The position numbers were made by a program, and so were the translations under genes. Shown here in pieces: positions 48,401 to 61,000 of a stretch of 64,000 nucleotides of DNA. This DNA comes from Monocercomonoides exilis PA203 (Eukaryota; Protista; Preaxostyla). The notes under the pieces are model-generated. The model did no database searches and was not told where the DNA came from. It saw only the letters and a list, made by a program, of their open reading frames with translations. The stretch lies in contig LSRY02000011.1 in assembly GCA_001643675.2 (NCBI GenBank), positions 1,054,001-1,118,000 of the forward strand, in the 5' to 3' direction. The number at the start of each line of letters is the position of its first letter. Position 1 is the first letter of the stretch.

Positions 48401-49000
48401 GAATTCATCGGCAGAACACAAACCATCTACCAATGGCTTCAACACAATCATTTTATTCGCATTAGAAAAAGAAGAGAAACGAGGAGAATGAAGAGAATGG
48501 AATGGTTGATATGATTGGCGAGAAGAAGAAGAAGAAGAAGAAGAAGAAGAAGAAGAAGAAGAAGAAAAGAAGAAGAAAAGAAGAAGAAGAAGAAGAAGAA
48601 GAAGAAGAAGAAGAAGAAGAAGAAAAGAAGAAGAAGAAGAAGAAGAAGAAGAAGAAGAAGAAGAAAGAGTATGAATCGAATCTCCGACTGTTAATTCCAC
48701 ATGATTTCCATCTTTTTTATCTGACTTCTCTTTCTCTTCAATCAACATCACTTGAGGTGCATTCAGCCTTTTCACATCATCTCGTGTCACATCCACAAAA
48801 TCACATACATAATCTAATTCTTCTTCCTCTTCCTTTTCCTCCTCGTCCTCTTCTTCTCTTTCCTTCTCCTTCTGCAAAATCCTGATCTTCTGCTCCTCTT
48901 TTGTCTGCGACAATTGCTTCCAGCTTGTGGGACTCGTTGAAGTAATTGCTTCTGTCATTCGCTCCAATATCTTCTCCTTCGATAAAAACTTATCCAGTTA
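45500..49000 (-). pseudogene. Disrupted low-complexity (Glu/Lys/Ser-rich) host-gene fragments
   Basis: ORF 48053-48967 and shorter Glu/Lys-rich pieces; frames shift inside (GAA)n tracts and no continuous frame exists. Confidence 0.45.
48521..48667. repeat. (GAA)n microsatellite, ~147 bp with few interruptions
   Basis: Directly visible. Confidence 0.95.
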
Positions 49001-49323
49001 TGATCTCTTGTTCTTCGTGTAAATTAAATATAGATATGTCTCCCTCCTTCATGAAGAATATAGAAATGTTAACTGAAAGATAATCGAATCCGATGAAATT
49101 AACATTGATTTCAATTGGTTTTCAGCAAATGCAAGAAAGAATTTAAAAGAATATCATTTGTATTTATTATTGCATTCGAATCAATTATTGATCCTTTATT
49201 GTCATCAAATAGATATTTCTGTTCATTTTTAATATTATAAGATTTAATCATTTTGTCGTTTTTCCAATCCTGAATTTTTTGTATAGTTTTAATTATAAGT
49301 CTGTGATCAGATAATTTATTAAA

Positions 49324-52073
49324 ATGTTTAATAACAAATCAAAAGCGGCTAAAAGTCGAATTGCATCAACTATTGCAGATACGATATTTCATGCATCACC
49401 TGAGGATCCGGAGGGATGTTTTGAATATTTTGTTTTCCGCTCCAAATTTGGTGAATCCTTCCGGAAAGTGTTGGAGGTTAATTGCGCTGGTATGTTTAAA
49501 TTTTGAAACATATGAATAATTAACGATGATTTTTATCTTCTTTGTCAATTGCTTTTTGCAACATATTCTTTGTTGGCAGAGAAAATCAACAAAATACTTC
49601 GGAACCTTGCTTCATATTCAAAGTCTTTGTCAAAAAGAGACGGTGTATCCCTTCTGTCGGCGCTATCTTCTGAGATATCTTTAAAAGAACTCAAAGATAA
49701 CGGTTGGGAATTAACTCGCGGAGAATACTATTACTCACGCGAAAAAGCAAAAGACACCAAAACAAAACCTCCAACAAAAGCAACAGAGCAAAAAAAGCAG
49801 GGTTTGTTTATAAGCTTTATGTTTTTTTTTTGTATGTGCTTTCTGAAAAATATTGATGAAATAGATAATTCTCAATTTGAAATTGCTGAACGTTGGCTGA
49901 ATAGTCATAGTTCCTGCAGCTCGAGCAACGGGAGAAGAAAAAAAAGAGGTTTTTCGAGCTAATTCACATTTACGTATTCATGATGTTAATGCTTTTAATG
50001 TTATTTTTGTGTTTGTTTGTTTTATTGATCATCACTTATTGTGTTTGAATAGCTTCATCAAAAAATATATCTTCACAAAGCAACTTCTCCATCAATTCTC
50101 CAAGTGATGCGATCGATTCTGCTGATACGTTTATTATGGATGATTCTGAAACGAATTATCATAATAGGACAGATGAAAACATCTCTGATCATTACTCCGG
50201 TACAAATTGTCGTCTCATTGAGACTTCTCAAAGAACTCTTCAACCCTCAAAAAAAGAAAAAACAAACATCAAAAAAAATAAATCAATGAAAAATGAAAAA
50301 AAAGGAGATAAAAGCCAGACCAGCCAAGAAGCGTCATCAAATGCAAACGCTGTTATTCATAAAGAAGCACTGAATGAGTCCAGAACTCAGAACGGAAGTA
50401 CCAATAGCTCTAATTGTTTTAAAAATGAAAAGATTTTCTCTATCGGAGAAAAGCGAATCATTGAAAAAACGAAGAAAGAGCTGCATAGTCAATTATTACA
50501 AGAGACTGGACTGAAAATGTCATATTCAACTTTCTGTCGAAAAACAAGGAATTTCAGAAAAGCAAAAAGAAGAACAGATCTTTGTGAGGTCTGCGAGAAG
50601 GGAGAGTATTTGAAGAGAAAAAAGATTGAAATGGAGAAGAAATTGATGAAATTATCTGAATCGGAAGAGAATGAGATGAATCTTATACAAGAGCACAAAA
50701 AAATGGCAGAAAATCAACGAAACTATTTTCACTGTGTGAAAGAAAATCTGAAAAGAGGTGAAGCTGTGATCATCATGGATTTTAAGGAGAACTGGAGTTT
50801 GCCGATCACAAATCGCGAAACTGGACAAAATTTTTATGAGAAAAAGCAAATTTCTCATTTGTGCTTTGTTGTATTTAGTATTGATGATAATTGTTATTTA
50901 AAAAAAAATGTGTTTAATTTTTTTTCTGATGTTTTAACGCATGATTATAAATTCGTTTGTGAATGTTTGAATAAACTGCTTCGTTTTGATATTTTTTTGA
51001 ATGTGAATTCTTTTCATTTCTTCAGCGATAATGGACCTCACTTTCGCAACGCTCGTGTAATGCATTACATTTTTTCTTCGGCATCACCGTTGTTTGCGGG
51101 GAAAAGATGTTCGCACTCATTTTTTGCCGAGCACCACGGCAAGAATGAGTGCGATAGCGAATTCGGATTTCTGACAAACTTATTGAACAATCATCTTGGA
51201 AATCGTGAATTGACAACAATTTATGACTTGATCGACTTTTTCTGTGGCCAATGCAACTCATATTTATTTGGAGACGAGGATGATTCTTCAACAATTTATC
51301 TTCCTTGTTCAACAAATTCACATGTTCAACAAACAAGAACACCGTTCAGAGAGAATGATCAAAGCAATGCGATATCTGAAGATAACTCCCTCGACGTTAA
51401 TGATTCAACAAGGCATTATTTCTTAAAGTCTGTCCTTCATATTTTTTTTAAATTTTCTGATTATCAGTGTGTAATTTCATTTGAATCGTTTGAATTCATG
51501 TGTTTGTTCAGATATCAGCCTGGGAACTGTTTCATGTGGGGAGAAATGGCCGTTAAAGGAATGAAGAAATACTTGCATTTTTTCAACGAAAATGGAAAAC
51601 TCTATGGATCTGCTTTAAGTAACATGATCACATCGAAATGTTTTCAACTTTCATTCGCAGAAAGGGTTAGAGAAGATAAAAAGGAGAGAAAATATTTCGA
51701 TAGAACTTCGAAAATCGTCATGGCTGGAGATGATCGAGGAATGATAGGAAAGGGCGTGAGAAAAATAATCAAAGAAAGATTATCTTTGATAAATGATAAT
51801 AACAATATTGATGAACAAAACATGTGTTTTAATAATTCTTTAAGTAATTATTTTATGTCTTCCAATTCAAATAACTCTTTTTCATTTAACAATTTTCATT
51901 CAAGAAATCTTTTTAATTCAAATTCATCAACAGACAATTCAGGTATGTCGTTTTTTTCTGTTAATTCACCTATTCTTTTTCAACAAAATTTAGGTATATC
52001 TGAAGAAGAATTGATTTCTCCAAGTATGTCATTATCTTCAAATGTTTTTTATTTCAATAATTCCTTTAATTAA
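49324..52073 (+). CDS. Intron-containing DDE-type transposase, Sola-like
   Basis: Motifs RRTDLCEVC, IIMDFKEN, HFFSDNGPHFRN and FFAEHHGKNECDSEFG in ORF 50136-52073. Upstream exons from ATG 49324 with GT...AG introns (~49490-49579, ~49802-49864, ~49949-50052); in-frame introns 51428-51511 and 51943-51993. Confidence 0.75.
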
Positions 52074-52916
52074 AAATTAAGTTTAAAAAAAATAAAATAA
52101 TTAATAAATGAAAGTCTAAGCTTACCCAATGAAATATGAAAAATTATTGAGGGCAAGGTCATATCCGTCCTGTTTTTATGATTTTATTATAAATCATGAA
52201 AACTTGCAGGATTTGGGTTCAGATATGACCTCCCAGGTAGACTTTTATTTATTAATTGAGATTTTTTTGATATAAAAGTGAATTGGGATATGGCAAAAAT
52301 TGTTCTAAAAATTAAAAATAAAAATAAAAAATAAAATGAAAAAAAAAATAAAAAATAAAATAAATAAAAATAAATTTTTTAGACCAAAACAGAATATGGA
52401 AAAATCTTATATTGTGGGTGGAACGATTGTCTGAAAATGAAAATTTCTCCCCATATGAATGTTTCATAGCCATATAATTAAAAATTTACAAAGAAAGAGA
52501 GTTGGTTAAAACAAGCAAAACATATAATCAAAAATAAATTAATATTTCCTTTGATCTACATCAAAAACTAAAATTGTAACAAAAAAATCCTTGTACTGCC
52601 ATTAAATAGTTTAACAAATTAATAAATGTTTATCTTTTTAATTATTGTCATCTATTTCTTCTGTTTCGATGAACAACAACAACAAAAAATAATAACCGGG
52701 TTAATGAAAATGTTCGGGTTTGTAAATCACCCTATGTGACAGATATTATTAGTAAATCCAATGCAAAATTCCAAGATTTACAAAACCGTTGAAAGTCGTG
52801 TTCTGAGAATAAACAATTCATTATTCGAGAAATTTTAGCTTCCAAAAAGTGGGAAAAAATAAAAAAAAAATGAACTGAATGCTAAAATTGATAAAAAACT
52901 GCCAATCAATCTATGT

Positions 52917-55757
52917 TCAAAACGTATCATCTGAATTCACTCTGTAAATCCGAACTATCTGTCTTTCTGAAGTGTAAGCCTCTTGCAGATGCTGCATTCT
53001 GATGTTTCCAACTCCAACCCTTTGGCCTCTTGTGATATCATATCCATTCTCAAACCCTCCTTCTTCCTTCCCAGTCTCTTCAATCCCGTAAAAGCTCATC
53101 TTATACATCAGACTCTGCGCAAAGTCCTCAGAAACATCTTCGTCCACTCGAAGCGATCCGCCAGAACCGAGTGCGTCTCCGGAATTTCCGTTGCCTGCCA
53201 GGCCGATAAACGAGGCTTCAGAGGCAGAAAGTGAGTGGAACTCCTTCTTTTTCACCTCTGGATAAACATCAGCTGAGATGCGATTCATCCAATGGAACTT
53301 GTTGATATCGTCACCCGAGTAGCCAGACGTCCCGCCAAACAGAATGAGAACGTAGTCCACATCAAGCATTCGTAGAACAGACAGTGCTCTTGTTTCGTTT
53401 GACACAAGCGCCTAAATAATACAAATGTTGAAAAAAGAAAGAAAGAAAAGAAAAGTTAAGAATAAAGAATTAAAGAAGTTTTTAGAAAAAAGTTTTCAAT
53501 GAAAAAGAAAAACATTACAAAAAGATAAGCAAAAGATATCCCCAAATACAAAGCAAACCAATCCAACAGTCGCAATATGAGTGGAATTCCACGTGTTGTT
53601 ATCGACAATCACTGTCCGATTCGCAACAGAAGCGATTTGGTATCCGTAATCCCACCACGACAGCACCCGTGCGTTCACATCTGTGTTGTGCCTCAGCCAC
53701 GAATAAGCCTCGCGAAAGTCGTCAATCACTCCAATCTTGTTCCTGTTTTTGTCTCTCATAGCCATCACAATCGACGGCTCTGAGTATTCCACTGCTGCGA
53801 TGCTCATCCACCGCACGCCGCAGACACCCAAGAGAATGATCACCATCAGCAGCGAGACAAACGGCAGGGCGGGACCAAAGCGCCTTGAAAACCAATCAGA
53901 GAAGACACCAATTGTGGATTCAATGCTGGAAAGAAAAGACTTTGATGCAGATGATATGGAGCGTGAAGATGAAGAAGAAGAAGAAGATGATGATGATGAT
54001 CTGTTAAGTTGATTGATTTTTCTCTCTATTGAAGAGCTGGATGTGTCAGATTGTTTCTTTCCTCTTGTTATCTCTTGTTGTTGTTGTTGCTGCTGCTGGC
54101 TTTCGCTTTCATTCCTTCTGCCTCCTTGCTTTTTCTTCTTTTCATCTCTGATTTCAACCCAACCTTGGGCAATCGACTCAATCATGTGCTCCAGCGCTAC
54201 AGAAGCCAGAACCACAGCAGCTGGAGTCATAACAAGGACTAGCCGCACCATTTCTGATGCAAAATACAGCGACGTGAGAGCGTAGAAGATTATGAAAATG
54301 ATTCCATCGTTGCGCTTTTTCAGGTACGCCATCTGAAACTCATCGAGATGGAATGAAGTGTCTCCATGAGCATATTCCGGGTCTTCCCTCAGCCGCTTCT
54401 GATGCCGCTTCTCGTTTTCTTCTGTCGCAAGACGGCTGCACAAGATGTATATTCCTGGAATGATCAGCAGCGCCACAACAGAAAGCGCGTGGTGAAGAGA
54501 CGACCAGGTCGATGGCTGGTGTTCTGACACAGACGCAATCAGAGGCATGTGCTTCTTTGCGTGTGTTGGGTGCAGCAGGTTGTAGAATCGCCCTGTCCAA
54601 GGAGTGATGTACCCGCTCAGAGACACCAGAAAAGCGAGAAGCACAACAACTCCCAATGAAATAGGCAAAGTGATTGTGAGAAATCTCTTTTTTTGAGCAG
54701 AACTTACGTCTTTCAGAACATCGTTCCACACCCACAGAGCAAAACGATATCCATTAATAAACAAGAAAGCAAGAAAAGCAGACAAATGCTCGCCTGATTG
54801 AACAGGCATGAAAGAAATAAATTGTATTTGCATTGAAAGCAGAATGCCAGTTACATAGAAAGTGTTGTAGGCCACGTGTAACCTTGCCGAATATCTTCCT
54901 AAAAGAATCATTCCAACCACGTATAGTGGAATAAGGTTGATGATATATACGTAACCTCCCCAGGCAGCAACCATATAGAAGTAGCATAAAGAACATATAA
55001 TTCCATCAAACATCCCTCCGCTTTGAACAGCTTTGATCCATGACCAAAATACGGCAAGCAAGGCAAATATAGATATGCACTCATTATCGAATGCGCCTGC
55101 AACTGAGCGTGACATGTAACCTGGAATAATTGCGATGATCATGGATGCAAAATATGCAGATGTTTTTCCCCAGATCTGTTTTGTAATTGCATAAGTGACA
55201 AAAACCGTGAAGACAGAGAAAATAACTGGTAGAAAAACGCATGAATCGCGTATGCTGATGGGAAATCCGAAAAATCTCACAATTTTATAGAACAATGATG
55301 CACTCCACATCAGACCTATAATTATTGTCAAACAAAACATAAATATAACTTTTTAACAAAGGAATGGCGAACCAGGATAAACAGTAGCTCCCACAATTCT
55401 GCCAAGAGGGTACCATGCTCTATCATCAAACCAGTTATGAAACTTATAAATTCCTTCATTTATGAGATATTCAGTCGAACGATAGTTAAAATATGGATCA
55501 AATTCATGAATAACTATTAAAACATCATTTGTCATTCAGAAATTTGATATTTAAAATATTTAGAAGTTATTCAATCTATAAATTTCGAAAAAAACAAATA
55601 AACCTTTTTCATAAAAAATAACAGGGAAAAGTCTTGGAAGAATAGCTAAAACGCACGAAAAGAAAAGGAAAAAGGGGGTAGCATATGGGCGAAATCGGTC
55701 AAGCAAAGATTTCTTTGGTTTAACCGAGTATGAATCGAACCATTCATATTGGTACAT
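52917..55757 (-). CDS. STT3: Oligosaccharyltransferase catalytic subunit STT3
   Basis: [49 protein letters not shown]. Exons 55757-55604, 55513-55373, 55315-53559 and 53411-52917 join in frame at GT-AG introns. Confidence 0.97.
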
Positions 55758-55905
55758 TTGTGGGAAAGATCATTATTTTCTTTGCTTTGAAAATAATCAA
55801 AATAAACAAAAACTCATTTTTGTCATTATTGGATGTGCAGAAATCATCTCGAAAAAAATTATTTCGAAAATAAGTGTATGGGTCAAATTTTGGAAACCGT
55901 TTATC
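55758..55905. promoter_or_regulatory. Putative bidirectional promoter region between STT3 and NME7
   Basis: Only 148 bp separate the divergent start codons; inferred from geometry. Confidence 0.5.
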
Positions 55906-57664
55906 ATGTTTACTTCACATTTGCATGATCCAAAAGACTTAAGATATTCATTTTATGTTGTATGGTTTGATGCTCTTGCGTCATTGAACCGTGAGTACGC
56001 TTTACTTTACTATACCGTAGATAATACTGTTGAAATGGTTTATATGTTTTATTTGAAGTGTTGAAATTATTTTTTACAATTTTGTAAATAAACGTTTATG
56101 CTCAAAGATTGATCGTAAAACAAAGAAGACATTTTTAAAGAGAAGCTCATATCCCGATGTCAAATTAGAAAATCTTTTTGTTGGCTCCACAATTGTCATT
56201 TTTGGACGTCAATTAAAAATTGTTGAATATGCAGATCAAGCAACACGAGAGGCATTAACAAAGGCAAAGGAGCACGCATTTATTTTGGTGAGACCAGAAG
56301 CCTTCGTTCATTCAGGCGAGATTTTAAACATTTTCCATCAGAATAAACTTATCGTTGCCAAACTTAAGACTGCATTTCTTTCAGACGAAGAAGCTGAAAA
56401 ACTTTTTGATTGCAGAATGTATACATCTGGAAGCGCATCTTCTATTTCAAGCTCACCTCAAAGCAGTCGGTCACCTCTAACACCTTATTCACCACATTAC
56501 GCTGAATACTGTGCAAGTGCAAGTTGCGGATTATGCTTAGCAATGGAGTTAGTTGGCTGTTCAGCCATATCACTGCTTCAAGAACTTGTGGGCAATCCAT
56601 CATTTGAACAAGCCAAGAGGGAGAACCCGAAATCATTAATTGCCAGATTTGGGAAAGGTGAAAGCAGACCCGGACTGTATGTTTCACCAACACTCGAAAA
56701 ATCAAAGATGGTTTGTTTCAAATCGGTTACTATTGTTTATTTTATTTTGTTGAAAATAAATTTGAAAATGCTCTTTCTTTTACAGGATTCAGAGCTTATT
56801 CTTGACATTCCAAGAATGCCAACTGCTCAGTTAAGAGATTGTACAACCGCACTGGTGTATCCTCATGCGATAAATGAAGGTTTTATTTTTTTTTTTAGTT
56901 TCTTCCATTTGCTTCACTGTTATTTTTTGTGTGTATGTATACAAAATTTCCAAAAAATTTGAATAACTTTTCAAAAAAATATTATTTTTGTTAAATTTTT
57001 TCAGGAAAGTTGGGTCCAATAATCCAAGAAATACTCGATAAAGGATTCATCATTAGCTGCATAAGTCATTTCCAGCTGAACAAATCAACCGCAGGAGAAT
57101 TCTTTGAGGTGTATGAGACTGTTATACCCGAGTATCCTCACATTGTTGATGAAGCATGCAATGGCCTATGTGTAGCAATGGAGGTTGTTCTGAGCGAAGA
57201 TTTGAAGTCAAAAGACAGCGGTGATGCTGATATTGTTCAAGTTTGTTTATTAGATGTTTTTTTAAATTCACTTCAATGTTCTCTTAATTGTTTGAATTAT
57301 TAACATTATTATTGTTATTATTGCATTCACTTAATTTTATCATCTCCTTCTCTACTTTTATTAAATTTTTATCAAGCTTTTCCGTGATTTATGTGGACCA
57401 GCCGATCCAGTTGTAGCCAAAACGCTTCGCCCTCACTCACTTCGAGCAATGTTCGGAAATACCAGAGTGCAAAATGCCATTCACTGCACAGATTTATCTG
57501 AAGACGGCGTGTTGGAAGTTTGCTTATCTATTTTTTTAAAGTTATTCACAAAATGATATCTTATTCTATTGTATTGTTTCAAAAAAAAAAAAAAATCTGA
57601 ATTTTTTGCCTCTTTGTATTCGTTTTCCCAGAGTGAATACTTCTTCAGCATCCTTCAGGAATAA
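55906..57664 (+). CDS. NME7: Nucleoside diphosphate kinase 7-like (DM10 + two NDK domains), multi-exon
   Basis: N-terminal RYSFYVVWFD...YYTVDNTVEM/IDRKTKKTFLKR (DM10-like). C-terminal FRDLCGPADPVVAKTLRPHSLRAMFGNTRVQNAIHCTDLSEDGVLE/SEYFFSILQE*, with TAA at 57662-57664. Confidence 0.92.
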
Positions 57665-58086
57665 TCACTTGGTTATTGAATCTCTCTTTAAAACAGATTC
57701 TATTAGAAAAAATTCTGTTTTTCCTCATAACACACAAACTCCACAATGCATTTCTTTTTCATCTCAATTTCATCATCTTTTATAATTTTTTTATTTCATT
57801 TTAATTATTAATTGTATATCAAAATAATCTTTGTAGCGTCTTCAAAAAGTGAGTTAATTTTAGATGAAGTGCTATTTGTCAAAAAAAAAAAAAAAATCAG
57901 TGATATTTAAGTTGCTGAAAAAAAGTGAAATGAAGATGACAATCAATGATAAGGAACGTATGAGTCAGAAAGATTTAACAGAAATAGCTGATTCTTTATA
58001 ATAATTGGAAAAATTTTAAAAAAATCAGAAAAGAAATGACAGTACATAATACAATAAGTTAAGAACATCAACTTCGTGTCAATGCA

Positions 58087-61000
58087 TCAACCGTATTGGT
58101 TCAATGAGAGTAATTTCTCCGGTGAAAGGAGATGAAGCGGAAGAAACGCCACTCCCTCACCAGTGACGGGTGAATGAGGAGGTTCCACAGGAGGAGGTTG
58201 GATGGAATTAACTGGCTGAAATGCATAACGATGAGGAGAGAGTGTATGATTGGTAGAAGTGAGAGACGATGAAGGGGAAAAGGAGAAAGATGAATGACGA
58301 ACTGAAGCTGATGCATCAGCAGGAGAAGAAAGAGGGTCATTTATCGATGTGGATAAGAGCTTTGGAGGAGTTAAATAATAAGCTAAGTTCTGTTGGATTT
58401 GATATGGCTTCAAAGAAGTGGGGTGGAGAAGAGGAACAGGTGATTGAACTGAAAGTTGAGCATTTTGATATTCATTGGATGTTTCTGTGTTGCAAGAAGA
58501 AGATGTTTCATACTGAAGTGAAGAGGAAGGCTTCGTTAGAGGAGAATAAGAAGCATCAGCAAATGAATGCTTTTTTTCCTGATTGACTTCATTTGCACTT
58601 AATTTCAAAGAAGAATCCATTTTCGCTTTGTCAAATGAGTCTGTTTTCCTACGAGGTGTTTGTTTCGTTTGCTGAATTTCTTCTTCGGCCGATGATGAAA
58701 TGGACAAAGACGAAGGCGGAACAGAAAGAGCTTCCGAAGCAGCGCGCAGTCTGCTCTTTTGAGAGGAAACACGAGAAGTCTTCGGACTTTTTGGTGAGTT
58801 GCTAATCTTTTTCTGGGGAGACTCAGATTGGCTGGTGCTCTTTCGAGGTGAGTGAAACGAAGATGGTGTAAGTGATTGAGAATACGCATGCTTTTTCCGC
58901 TTTTTGCCACTTTGGGAAGGAGATTGCAGTGAAGGAGATGCTTCTTCGGTAAGTTCGAGTTTTTTAGATGTGACAGGAGTTGAAAGAGGAGGCGCAGTCG
59001 AAACAAGATGAGGATTATCTTCGTCTTTTGCTGAATTCGATTCGCTTTCGTCATTTTTGATGTTATCTGCTTTGCTCAAATGCGAAGTTGGCTGGTAAAA
59101 TGCAGAAGCAGAGCCGATGTGTTGCAGCCTCGGGGTCGAAATAGACGGTGACAGCTGAGAAGACACAGAAAATGACAGGGCGGACATGCCTTCCTGCTGA
59201 GTGTTATTGAGAGACGATTCATTTGAAGATAAAATTGTAGGCTGTGCCAATGAAACTGAAGAGCTTGGATCAAAAGTCGCGCGCCTTTCTTGCGAAAAGC
59301 TAGCAGAAGGAATAGGATTCAGTTCATATACATTCGCAGGCAGTGGACGCAGAAGCAGAGCTGCTTCGGCTTCTGTTATCGGATCTAAATCTGCTTCATT
59401 TTCTGTTCCGGATTCTGAATGAGGAGGAAATTCAATGTTTGCTGCCCCTTTCTTTTTGGCACTGTTAGCGTTTCCATCAAGAAGCGATCTTAAAATGTTT
59501 ATTCTTTCTGTTTTTTCATCTTCAGCTTGAATGCTCCCCTTTTCATTTTCCGTTTTGAACTGATTGGCAGATGAAACTGTTCCGTTTGTGATCTTCGTCT
59601 TTTGCTGTGACAGCACCATTTTCTGCAGCCGGATACAAAACACACGCAATTCTTCAGAATGGCGCGTCAGATCGTCAAACGATTGCTTTGCTAGTTTTTC
59701 CCGCTCTTTCTCTTGGAGAAGATTGTAGTTCAGCTGCTTGTTCACCTCCTTCTGGATGCGAAGCTGAAACTCCAGCGAAGAAGAAGAAGAGTTTGTGATG
59801 GTCGAAGACGAGATGATCTGGTGGAGTTTCGAGAGAAGCAGAGAAACAGCAGAAGGAGACGACAATCGCAGTGCTTGCGAGACGAGTGCTGGGCTGATGC
59901 CTCCAACTTCGCTTTGCTGCAGAAGCTGGTTTGAACTCGGCTGCGACATCTGACTGGAAGACGTCTGCTCCAATTTCGAGTTCTGAGAACGTTCCAGCAG
60001 CTCCGCGGGCGTCATCTGCTTCATATTCAATTCGTCTGATGCAGAGTTGATTGTCTTTGTGAGCTCAGAAAGTGCAGAGACCATTTGGCGAATGAGCGCA
60101 GAAATGTCTTTCAGAGATTGTGGCTGTTGGCTTATGGTCGCGCTCATTTTCGAATATGAGAGTGTTAAATGATCACTGGGCGATAGAGATGGAGGGGGTA
60201 AAATAGTTCCAGACAACGAAAATGTATTTTTTTGAGCAGAAGCATCGTTATCAGCCATGTGAGAGTTAGCCTGCGTTTTTGAACGATCCAATTTTTGTGT
60301 TTTGGAAGCAGATGGAAAAGAAGACAATTTCGCTTTTTTCTTATCACTTTTGCTGAAACTTCTGCTTGTGAGACTAATCCCAGGGGTACTCAAACTTCTA
60401 CTTGTCCTTTTCCTGCTCGTCACACTCCCTCCGCTTCTGCTCCTGGCAGGCAGCTCTTTCACCCTTCCGCTTCTTCTCGGCGGCAGCGTCAGCGTCAGCG
60501 ACTGCCCCAGCAAAGACCTCCTTTCAGTCTCGCTCTGCCACGAGTCGACTTTCTCGATGGCTTCCTCCAGCTTCGTGTTGGTGTCGCTGATGACCGTGCG
60601 CATCTTGTGGAAGCCTGCCTCACTTTCGCTGAGGATGTCTCGGAACTTCTCGTTCTCGTCCTCCGCCTCCCGCTGCTGCTCCTTCAGCGCCTGGATGGTG
60701 CGGTTCAGGTGCTCCCGCTCTTCTTCTAGCACAATCACTTTCTGCTGGGCTTCAACAAACATCAGGTGAAGTGCCTCAAAAGAGGCGCTTTCCTCGCTAT
60801 TGTGTCTGATGGAAAGGTCAACTGAACCAGCTAAGCTAGCTGAATTAGATGGAAGATATGCATTTTTCTTTATTTCTTCTCTTTCTGCTTTGACTTGCTC
60901 CATCAAAATCTGCCTGTCTTTCTCTTCCTTCATACGCTCGTATCTTTCTTCTGCTTTCTTTAGCTCTCGTTTGAGTTCTTCGTTCACTTTTTCCTCTTTC

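Larger units (their letters stand above)
44931..52452. mobile_element. Candidate 7.5-kb Sola-like element (ATAT|GGGG...CCCC|ATAT) containing the transposase gene and gene fragments
   Basis: Left GGGGCAAAATTTT; right end reverse-complemented GGGGAGAAATTTT (11/13 match); ATAT on both flanks. Short match, so tentative. Confidence 0.35.
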
